Assembly (NCBI GenBank): GCA_017654855.1
Contig: CM030332.1
Location: forward strand, 1,178,001-1,242,000
Direction: 5' to 3'
DNA: 64,000 nucleotides
Origin: Podospora anserina
Taxonomy: Eukaryota
Shown: positions 51,200 through 60,853 of the stretch, piece by piece
How positions within the stretch are numbered: the first letter of the stretch is position 1
Layout of the letters: each line of letters begins with the position of its first letter
Program-made: the position numbers and the translations under genes
Notes under the pieces: generated by a model
What the model was told of the DNA's origin: nothing
The model's database searches: none
The model's input: only the letters and a program-made list of their open reading frames with translations

Positions 51200-53783
51200 C
51201 TATACGTCAGGCCTGCTGCTATGTGTAGGAGTGATATCTCTTCTCCCAAACCGTGCCCCTAAACCGCCAATATCCCTTCTGAAGAAGTTTCCGATATTCC
51301 TCAAATTTTCATTCATAGTGACACCTTCACCTGTTGCCGCCCCCACACCGGCTCTTTCTGCACTATCTCTGGCTGCAGTCAACAGCCTTTCACCAAGAGA
51401 CGCGGCATCGAAACGAGTTTGCAGACCACCTGCGGCCAACCCCGCGGCAAGACCACTGCCACCTGCTGCGGTAGTACTTCCCAGTCCACCAGGGGTAGAG
51501 TTGAGAAGTGGTGTTAAAAGAGGAGAGCTCTGGACAAGCTTGCCTCCCGCCGCTGCAGGACCTTCCCGATGGATGGCGAACAGCTCAAGGAGATGTGCCT
51601 GGTCTGCTCTCCGCACACCCTTGAGCTCCAGAATCTTGCGGAAGTTGGTATCGGACCGGTCAGCGATGTGTATAAGATAGGCCTGAACGAGACCCTCTGG
51701 TGGTGAAGGGCGAACTTGTAGGGTTTTAAGCAACGGATCCATGCGGGTCATGGATGTGTTGACATGCTTTACGAATGAAGCGGGCGGTTGAGTCGAGGAG
51801 GATGCCGTGTGGAAGGACATGAGATTCTCCAACGACTTTGTCAGGACATACTTGTCCAAAAGCATCTGCTCGGCGCCAGTTTCGCAAACAGGCTTGCACT
51901 GGACCACATTGGTGATGTAGGCGTTGGCAAGATGGTCGACGAGATTGTCACAGAACGTGCGAGCATATTGTTGCTTCACAACAAGCGGCAATATCTCCTC
52001 GGCCTTGCTGTTGACATGTTTCAGGAGCTCGCTCACATAGGAGCTGTGATCCGAGACACTTTCCATGCGTGACCAGTTGGTGTTCCTCATCTCGCGCCAA
52101 GCGGACTCGCATTCTAACTCAACCTTGGCGACCAAAGCCAGGACGGAAGCGCCAGCAGCCCCCATGAAGGCATCTGACTGGTCAGAGAGGTCCACTCGAG
52201 ATGTCATATCCGGGTCAATGCGCTTCTTGATAAATTCCTCCAGCTGATCAGTGTTGGTATGCCAGAAGTCCGCGGTGTTAAGTACAAGTATGATGTCCTC
52301 GATAGGTGGCCCTTGAGTTCCACCACGTTGGAGGAAGCCAAGGAGAACTTGCTGAGCATATTCGTCCAAGTACTTTGCTAACGTCTTCGTCAGGTCGAGC
52401 AGCCGCTCACCAGTGGATAGCTTGGCGCACTGGGATAGGGTGACCTTGTAAAAGTGGAATAATTCAATGGCTGATGGTATCACCGCCTGAGGCGAAAACT
52501 CCTCATCAGCCGGAATGAGGGGCTGTTGTTTGTACTTTGGTATCATGCTTGCCAATGCTCTGTCCTGCGACTCGACCCACAAACTCAGGTAGGGCTCGAA
52601 TGCCGCAGATATTGACCCGTTGAAATTCTGTGCCCTGTCGTCTGCGGAACTGAGCGTATCAATGCTAGCCCTTGGCTCGTTCGCAAAGCGCCTTTCAAGG
52701 CCTTGCTCGAAGTCCATGGTTTCCTGCAGGCAGCTAAGTAGCAGGTTCACGTCGAGTTTGGGACCGTCGGGTCTCCGCATGCTCTTTTCCAAAATGCCTT
52801 TGAAGTCCTCCCTGGTCCCGTCGCAAAAGGACATGGCTAGCGTCTCATTGACGCGCCAATGGGGCGGGAAGATCACAGCGTGCTCTTCCTCGTGCGTCTT
52901 TAGGGTGCGTTTGAACCATGCATAGCGTCGCCCAATGTTGTCCAAGCTCCCGGCTTCATCGTTGCCTCTAAAGACCTGACGGTACTCGCGTAGCTCTGTA
53001 TTGACATACCAAGTCACCAGTCGAGTCTTCGCATGATCGCCCAACGCATCCATAACGAGACAGGCCTCTACCAGAACCGCGCGACGGGCACCGACCTCTC
53101 CCTTCGCGAATGCTATCTCGAAATCCTCGCAGACTTGCTCCAAGAGCTCCCGCTGCAGCTCGCTGACGTTTCGGCTTAGCACGGCGATTTGTTCAATGCT
53201 CCGGTAGCTATTGAAGTGGCGCATGAGCTGCAAAACAGCTTGCAAAAGGCCAGCACACTCGCGGTACTGGCGGGTCCGAGCCAATCCTCGAAGTTGTTCG
53301 TAGGCGGTGGTCAACATCTGGAGCCGCTTGAGGGCAGTCATGCTGAGGGTTAGGTTGCGCTTGGTGCCATCCAAACGCTTAATGTCGGCCGTCATGGTGG
53401 TGATGTCGCGTTCGGTCTGTAGAGCTCTGCTTCGCACACTTTCAATGCGCTGGAATAGAGAGGCCAGTTCGGCCTGAGCCGACTGCATTCTTTCTAGCGA
53501 GGAGTCGGGGCCGTAGGCTTGCGCCGTTTCCAGCGAAGTAATGGACTTGGAGAGTTCATCTTTGTGTTTCTGAATCGTCGCGGATACGCTCGAGACCGAC
53601 GATACAGTGGACGGGTGGGAGAATAGGAGGTTGAGATGTGCGATCGGATCGTAGTCCACTGATGAGTTGCCAGCCCAGTCCAACGTCAGTGACCATGTGT
53701 TCCCTGCATGCTCAAGCTAGTGGCGAATAGAATGGGCAATTACCTGAGTCTAGAGACAGAGAATCCGCGACGGTTATATTCAT
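51200..53783 (-). CDS. VPS53: GARP complex subunit Vps53 (intron ~53661-53743)
   Basis: DYDPIAHLN, MTADIKRLDGTKRNLTLSMTALKRLQML, EAGSLDNIGRRYAWF and GAEQMLLD. Confidence 0.95.
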
Positions 53784-54368
53784 GGTGGCATCCAGGCCGC
53801 ACCGGCTGTAAAGATGCCTTGCTGGAAGAGGAGACGTTTTGAGAGCCAGAAACTTGCTGCCGTGTCAGCCATGAAGAAGCATTCGTTATTAGGGAACGTC
53901 GCCGAGAGCTTGGGTAAGGTGGACACAGGCCATGCCAAGTAACGGCCGCCCGAAAAGCGGTCGCATTATAGTGACTAACCTAATCGAGTCATATCTAAGT
54001 GGTATTTCCAGACTCAAACAGGAGCCTTCTCCGCAAATGACACATTTGGAGATGGTACCAGTGGTTATACTTTCCTGTAGATAAATCAAAACAGTGATAG
54101 AACCCGTCTATGTCGTTAGGTGGCGTGTAACAGATTATATATAGATGTTGAGGTCAACGAATTTTAAATCATTTCGAAGCTAGAGCGATAACTGAAAGTC
54201 TTGGCGCGACCCACACTGTTGCGCAACTGGAGCTGAAGCTGTCTGCTGCTGCCCTGACCTTCAACTGCTATCTACCCAGCTTCAACAAACCATCATCTAC
54301 AACCGCGACAGTTTCAACAGCAGGAAATATTGCAACCCCAGAGCTAACAGGATGCAACGTCCGACATC

Positions 54369-57137
54369 ATGGATTCATCTGTCGCAGCATCCACGCTGAC
54401 GAGGCAACGCATTAGTGTGGCCTTATTCTCGCTCGCGGCTACAGCAACAGTCGGCTTATACTGCTACCGGTTATACAACCCACAACCCGAACCGAGTGGT
54501 CGACTGCACAGGAGCAACGCCGTTCGACATCGCAGACGTTCTGTGAGCACCCCCGTAGCCGCTGAACCGCCAGGTCGCGCCCAATCCGAGGCGTCCTACA
54601 CGTCGGCTGAATCCCATGCCGACGAGAACGCTGATATCGACACCACAGTTCGACCCTTGGCCGATGGCGAGACGGTCGCCGACGATGCCCAGGAGCTCGA
54701 TGATAACTGGTATGATGACGATCAAAATCAATATGGTCCCCAGGCACGAGCCGGTCAAAATATCGTGAGCTTGCTATTTCGAGTCTCCGAGGACAACGCC
54801 CGGCGCAGCGCCTATGTTCACCGAGGCTGCCAGTGCAACGGGTGCGGCATTGTCCCGATTCGTGGCATCCGCTACCGCTGCGCCAACTGTGCCGATTTCG
54901 ACCTCTGCGAGACATGCGAATCCCAAGGCCTTCACACCAAGACGCACATCTTCTACAAGATCAGGATCCCGGCCCCGCGCCTCGGTCCTCGCCAGCTTCA
55001 ACCCGTGTGGTACCCTGGAGACCCCGAGAACTGCCTGAGACTGCTTCCTAAGAGATTGATGGCCAAGCTGTCCAAGGAAACCGGGTTCGAACGCCCAGAG
55101 TTGGAAGCTCTCTGGGAACAATGGACGTTCATGGCCAACACGGAATGGAAGGAGGATCCGGATGAGCTGTGCTTGGCTATGGACCGCAAGACCTTTGAGC
55201 GATATCTCGTACCCTCAGGAGACAGACAGCCTATTCCGAATTTGCTACACGACCGGATGTTTGCCTTCTATGACGACAATAATGACGACCTCATCGGCTT
55301 CTCTGAATTTCTCCGCGGCACATCCTACAGGAAAAGAAAAAACAGGCTCAGGAAGATCTTTGACGGATACGATGTGGATAACGACGGTTTCGTGAGCCGC
55401 CGAGACTTCCTACGCTTGTTCCGCGCTTATTACGTGCTCTTCAAGCAGATGCACAGGGACATTCTGGAAGGGCTGGACGATCAGGTCATGAGTTCGACTG
55501 AGGTCCAACAGCTAGGAACAAGCAGAGCACCGTTGAGCAGTCTTTTTGGCCGCGAAGGCATTTTCCAGCCGCCCGAAACCGATCGCCCCTTGGAAGGAAA
55601 GGTTGTCAACGAAAGCCTGGGCGAAGTTCACATTGCGGACGGAAACCCCCGGGCTGTGGCAACGGATTCACCTGATGTTTCCGACCGACAGTCAGTTTTG
55701 AATGACTTGTTCGCAAAGCAAACCCAGACCCAGGAAAGCCTGTTTGTTCTGGCTGATAGTAGGCCATCGGCGAACAGAGAAAGCGGCATCGAATACCTGA
55801 ACGCTCTCTTGAACCCACCAACCCGGACCAGCGAGCTACCGACTATTATAGTGGGGGAGTCGCCGCGCGGTGACCAGTTGATGCTTGTTATGAACGGCCC
55901 ACAAGCTCACATGACAAATGGTGATGGTCAAGACGGCGGGGCCAGCGAGCAAACACCTCACCGAGTCGAGAATGGCGCTTCCCCACCCGGTGAGGAGGCC
56001 AGTGATAACTCCAGGGAGGGCGAAGGACGCGCCGGGGACCGTCACTCCACTCGCGTTCCCTATATTGCCACCTCTAACCGGCGTGTAAGGGTTGAAGCAC
56101 GAAAAAAGCTATTTGATCGTTGGAAGAAGCGGCAGTTTTACTTGGATGAAGAGGAAGGTGCTATGGCTCCTGACGGCTGGCCTGAAAGCCTTGACGTCTT
56201 GGCACTGGCGAATTCGTCAATAGAAAGCTCAAAGGCTCCTCAACAGCCTCCTTTCTCGCGGTCACGATCTTCATCTAAAGTGCGATTCGCTGATGATGAT
56301 GATGAGTATGACCATGGCTACGATACTGATGCGAGATCCAACATCTCCAATTCTTCACGGAGTATACCAGAAAGATGGGGCGGAATGGAAATCCCTGATG
56401 CCGAAAGAGACGTGGGCAAGGAAATCTTTTACCAAGTCATTCAGCAGGCGTTCAACGAAATACTCGATACCCTCTTCAAACGCAAGGAGGACCTTGCGAT
56501 AAAGGCGGCGGAAACCAAGGAGGCGCGCGACAAATGGAGACCGTCCTTTACATCCATCAATCTCAAAGAGGTCGACAGGAACAAGCAGAAAGTTACCAAG
56601 AAGTGTAAGCCTGCTGAGCTGTCCTTGGAAGAGCTTCTTGCTGCTAGCGGGTACAGCGTTGACCAGAGCGAGGGGGATGGAACCACTCTGGTGGGTTCAG
56701 CCTCTGAGATTGTGCCGGACGAGTTGCCTGTTCTGCCATCTGAGGAGCCTGCGGAAATATCAGCATTATCATCAGAGGCGGCTTCTCATCGCGATCCAAC
56801 CATGCCGCAATTTAGACCCAATGGCGATTCTGAATCCGAACCCGCCGTCGAGACACCCTCTGACGAGGACCCTACCCCGGTCGACAGAACCGCGGTGAAG
56901 GCGGAAAAATCCAAGAAGAAGGCCAGCAAGAAGAATGGATCGGTGTCTCCGCCATCCTATGAACAGTTGGTGGAGTGGAAACGACTGGATCTGGCTGAGA
57001 AGGAGGCAAGCGATCGCGGTGGATGGGGCAGGCTCAGCTTCGAGGAATTTGAGAGTATCTACAAGGAGGAGGAAGCCAACGGTAGCCGGCTTGACTATCT
57101 GGCTACCTGGATCGACTTTTGCATCCCGTATCACTAG
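54369..57137 (+). CDS. ZZ-type zinc finger plus EF-hand protein with N-terminal membrane anchor
   Basis: ZZ: HRGCQCNGC..PIRGIRYRCANCADFDLCETC..HTKTH. EF loops DDNNDDLIGFSE and DVDNDGFVSRRD. Hydrophobic N-terminal segment. Confidence 0.9.
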   Translation: MDSSVAASTLTRQRISVALFSLAATATVGLYCYRLYNPQPEPSGRLHRSNAVRHRRRSVSTPVAAEPPGRAQSEASYTSAESHADENADIDTTVRPLADGETVADDAQELDDNWYDDDQNQYGPQARAGQNIVSLLFRVSEDNARRSAYVHRGCQCNGCGIVPIRGIRYRCANCADFDLCETCESQGLHTKTHIFYKIRIPAPRLGPRQLQPVWYPGDPENCLRLLPKRLMAKLSKETGFERPELEALWEQWTFMANTEWKEDPDELCLAMDRKTFERYLVPSGDRQPIPNLLHDRMFAFYDDNNDDLIGFSEFLRGTSYRKRKNRLRKIFDGYDVDNDGFVSRRDFLRLFRAYYVLFKQMHRDILEGLDDQVMSSTEVQQLGTSRAPLSSLFGREGIFQPPETDRPLEGKVVNESLGEVHIADGNPRAVATDSPDVSDRQSVLNDLFAKQTQTQESLFVLADSRPSANRESGIEYLNALLNPPTRTSELPTIIVGESPRGDQLMLVMNGPQAHMTNGDGQDGGASEQTPHRVENGASPPGEEASDNSREGEGRAGDRHSTRVPYIATSNRRVRVEARKKLFDRWKKRQFYLDEEEGAMAPDGWPESLDVLALANSSIESSKAPQQPPFSRSRSSSKVRFADDDDEYDHGYDTDARSNISNSSRSIPERWGGMEIPDAERDVGKEIFYQVIQQAFNEILDTLFKRKEDLAIKAAETKEARDKWRPSFTSINLKEVDRNKQKVTKKCKPAELSLEELLAASGYSVDQSEGDGTTLVGSASEIVPDELPVLPSEEPAEISALSSEAASHRDPTMPQFRPNGDSESEPAVETPSDEDPTPVDRTAVKAEKSKKKASKKNGSVSPPSYEQLVEWKRLDLAEKEASDRGGWGRLSFEEFESIYKEEEANGSRLDYLATWIDFCIPYH

Positions 57138-57393
57138 CAGTGGTGTTTTTATGACCCCCTCCATTTTCATATCGCCATGGCAAACTGGTTGGGGCCGGCC
57201 GCGTGGAGTTGACTGACCACTGGCGCGAATAATGGCTACGAGATGAGGAGTCAGTGAGCATTGTACGATGGCGTTGGTTATTGAGGCATAGCGGAAAATA
57301 AAAGCGCATTATGAATTAAGTGAAATTGATGCGATATTGTGTCGGTGTTATGTCTTCCTTGATGCTGATTTGGCAGATTGTTGTTTTTGTTTA

Positions 57394-57696
57394 GAGAGAA
57401 CCTTTACGGAGCCCCCTATGTATCCAACCAACGCCCCCCCCACCCCCCCCTTCCCCCACTTTGTATATAATTTAACTACCTTGTGTTGTGAAGGATAATT
57501 ACTAAGCGTAAAGAGGATTTAATAAGCCTTGAAAATAATTAAAAGGCCTTTAAAGATAATTAAAAAGCCTTCAAAGATAGTTTAAAGGCTGGTAAATTTC
57601 TTGAAAGGTCTTTTATTATATTATAGGCAGGACAAGTTAATAGGTATAGAAGGGGGCGCTGGTCAGACAAATAGGGGGCTCCGTAGAGGTTCTCTC
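57394..57696. mobile_element. 303-bp MITE, family B (hAT- or Mutator-type), with ~45-bp TIRs and an 8-bp TSD
   Basis: Left end GAGAGAACCTTTACGGAGCCCCCTATGTATCCAACCAACGCCCCC versus reverse complement of the right end GAGAGAACCTCTACGGAGCCCCCTATTTGTCTGACCAGCGCCCCC. TTTGTTTA is duplicated at 57386-57393 and 57697-57704. Confidence 0.92.
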
Positions 57697-58345
57697 TTTG
57701 TTTAAATGTTCTTTTCTGTGCTCCGTTCCGGAGCAGGGTATGAAGAACTCTCCTGAGCCTTTTTCTTTTTTTCTTCTTTTTTTTTTCTGTACAACGGGAA
57801 AAGGGTTTTTTGTCTTTTTTTCATTTACTTTTCCTTCTTTTTTTCCTTCTTTTTTCCAACTTTACACCCAAGTGAAATTGATGGTCTTGCTGGTGGGTCA
57901 TGAAGGAATGATGTGGCAAGCGCTCAGTCGCGGTTTCCCAAGTTCTCCTATAACGTGCTCCTTCCTTATATGTCTCTAGGAGGCCAGTGCCCGCTTGTTA
58001 CCTGTTCCATGCCACTCCAGTTCTCAAAGCCCATGCTGTCGGGACCCCTCTTGTCCCTCCTCTCTCATCTTGACTCACGCTGCCACTCGCTGGCCTCTAT
58101 TTCCGCGTTTTTATTCCTTATATCCTTCCTACCTGTCATTCTCTCCCATCATTACCTCTGAGATAGGTACACGCTTTCCTTTTTTTCTCAATGATTATTT
58201 TACCCTAACACACATTCCTTTTTTCTCCGAGCGAACCGCCACGATATCACTCCTCCCCCTCGTCACCTTCCTCCGACCTGACGCAAGGAGCGCTCATTTT
58301 TTCTCCCCCACTTCCTCCATCACCAGGGGGAAGAAGAAGAAGAAG

Positions 58346-58477
58346 AAGAAACGACCAATAATGGATCCCGACAACATATCCCTCCGGTCCAAGAAACGAC
58401 TAATAACGGACTCGGGCAACATATCCCCCCGGACCCGGTCCAAGAAACGACCAGTAACGGACTCTGGCAACGAATCC
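58346..58477 (+). repeat. Three imperfect 45-51 bp tandem copies spanning the DUF3176 start codon
   Basis: AAGAAACGACYARTAAYGGA..CAAC units start at 58346, 58391 and 58442. Confidence 0.8.
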
Positions 58478-60853
58478 CCTCATTCCGAGCCTAATCCCCA
58501 GCGGAACCCGTGGAATACCGAACGAGATGACGAATCATCGACCATTGTCCGGCCGCCGAACCCGAGAAGGGAGAGATATCATTCTGTGTCGAATAGACGG
58601 AAAGAAGGGGAGAATTCCTCGTCTGGGGCGTGGTCACACAAGGCTGAGCCGCCTTCTGCGCCGTCGGAGAGGGCGATGAGTGATGGTGGTGGTGATGGGC
58701 AGCATGGGGGTGGTGGGAGGAGGGAGCAGGATGATGGTGCTTCGACTTATACGCAGAGATTGTACGATCATGTTATTGGGGAGAGGTTTACGCCTTCGAG
58801 GACGGGGCATCATCATCGGAGTCGGACGCCGAGGCCGGCGATTGTCATGACTGGGCCGGGTGGGGAACAAGAGGAGTGGCGTTATGAGGAGGATGATAGG
58901 TTTGAGAATGTGGAGTTGGGGGGAGGGGAGGGGTTTGTGATGGAGGAGAGTAACTCGCCTGGTGGGGGGGAGGGGGGGAGGAGGAGGAGGAGGAAGTATT
59001 ACAGCTCGTTTAGTTGGTGGAAGGAGGAGTATGTTTATGCTGGGTTGAGTGTGGTTGCTGTGGTGGGGCTGGCCGGGTTCTTGAGGACGTATGATGGGCA
59101 GGTTTTGCCGCAGGAATTTGGGTGGTCCGGTATAAGCTTTGAGACGGGGGTTGTTGCGTTGGTGACGGCGATGAGATTGTGTATGGATGCGTATGTTGGG
59201 TCAGCCATCAGCCAGGGGGCGTGGTTGTGGGTGAGTGAGAGTGCGCAGATGAGGAGGAAGGGTGGGGAGGATGGAAGGTGCGGAGCAAAGTTGGAGGATT
59301 TTGGGAAGTTTGATGCTGCGAGTAGGGGGTTAAGGGGGGCAATAAAGCTGATTTGGAGGTTGAAGGGGAGGTTTGTAGGCCCGGTGTGACGGAATTGCTT
59401 GCGGTGCTGACATGGGGATATAGGCACCTTGGATGCGTTGGAGCAGCCATTGCCATTCTTGGGGTTGGGTTTGAGACCTTCAGTCAGGAAATGGTCAGCT
59501 TTGAACAGCAGCCGAGGCATCTAGACAATGGAACGTTGAGTCCGGCACCAGCACCGGCTAGGTCAGAGGTTTAGGACACTTATCTACACCGAGGGTTCAT
59601 TGGTGGTAAGCATGTTCATCTGCTCCAGAGAAGTTTGCCGGCTTACAAAAACTATAGATACGTCTCTGTCTTTATCGACAAAAGCGGCTGTCTATGCCGG
59701 AATTATCTCCACAGAGGTGAGTCTTCAACTTGGTAGGGTCGACCAGATAACTAAGTATCAAGGTCAGATTCCCATGATTCCAGTATCCTGCGGGACTGCC
59801 AATTGCTCGTGGCCTATCATACCTACACTAGCCAGCTGTGGCGACTGTGTCAATGCCGAGATATATACCAAGTGCAACAAAACAGCCAATACTTGCACCT
59901 ACACAACTGGCTCTGGGACGTCAATCGTAAATTCGATGGACCCGGGGGAACGAAGCATATTCAAGGTCGCACCAACCAACGGGACCGTCCACAAGATCTC
60001 CTCGACTTCCCGGGCTTACTACTCGGTGTTTGACTTTCTCTCTGTAACACAAACAGAAGAGACTGGGTTGCTTCTGGCTGGTTCAGAATGCGCTCTGTGG
60101 TTCTGCGTAGAGGGCCTCAAGATCTGGGTAGAGGACGGCAAGCAGAACCAAACCCGCGTTGCCAACCACTCCCTTACCTCGTTGACAATGACCAGTGCCG
60201 CCCATGGGTCAGAGCACGTCTTTATCAACATTCCTCCCAGTCTCAACACAGACAATGCCACAAAATACGTCGTCACGCGCGAGGCCATGCTCGCCCTGCG
60301 TAACTTCATGTCGTCCATCACGATGGGCACAGTCACCACGACCCTCAACACGCTTGATTCGTCATCAGACTGGGTAGAAGCCATGTGGAACGCCACCACG
60401 GGCGATTTAAATCAGTGGATCAACACCTTTGCCGCCAGCCTGACGAACGAATTCCGGCTTCATGGAGCGGTGACACAGACGACGAAGAAACGATACGATG
60501 GAGACGCCACGCAGATGACGCCAGTGGTGAAGGTGAGGTGGTACTGGCTGATGTACCCTGCCTTTATGATACTACTGAGCATCTACTTTTTGTTTCACAC
60601 CGTTCTGGCGTGCTCGATGGCTGGAGTCAGGGCGTGGAAGGGAGAGGTGCTGCCGCTGTTGTTTTGCAGGGTGGATGAGGGGTTGTATGAACGAGGCAGG
60701 GCTGGGTTGGAGATTCCAGGCGGGTTGGAGAAGAGGGTTGCGGGGGAGAATGTGGCGATGTACAGGAGTGCGGAGGATGGCGGGTGGGGGTTTAGGACTG
60801 TGGAGCATGGGGAGTGGGCTGAGGAGGTGAGCGTAGAGGGAGAGAAGAAGTAG
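58361..60853 (+). CDS. DUF3176-family multi-pass membrane protein with an in-frame TAG at 59572-59574 (candidate A-to-I-corrected stop, or pseudogene); introns ~59371-59422, 59606-59657 and probably ~59717-59767
   Basis: Family motifs AISQGAWLW, LEDFGKFDAASRG..GAIKL, HLGCVGAAIAILGVGFETFSQEMV, CGTANCSWP..TLASC, ECALWFCV, VRWYWL.YP and WKG.VLPLL, all colinear across the stop. Confidence 0.82.

Noticed and set aside
19611-53783. Apparent cluster of trafficking and organelle genes (MDM12, VPS28, DUF726, RING ligase, NPR2, VPS53)
   Set aside because: Interspersed with unrelated housekeeping genes; consistent with ordinary gene order.
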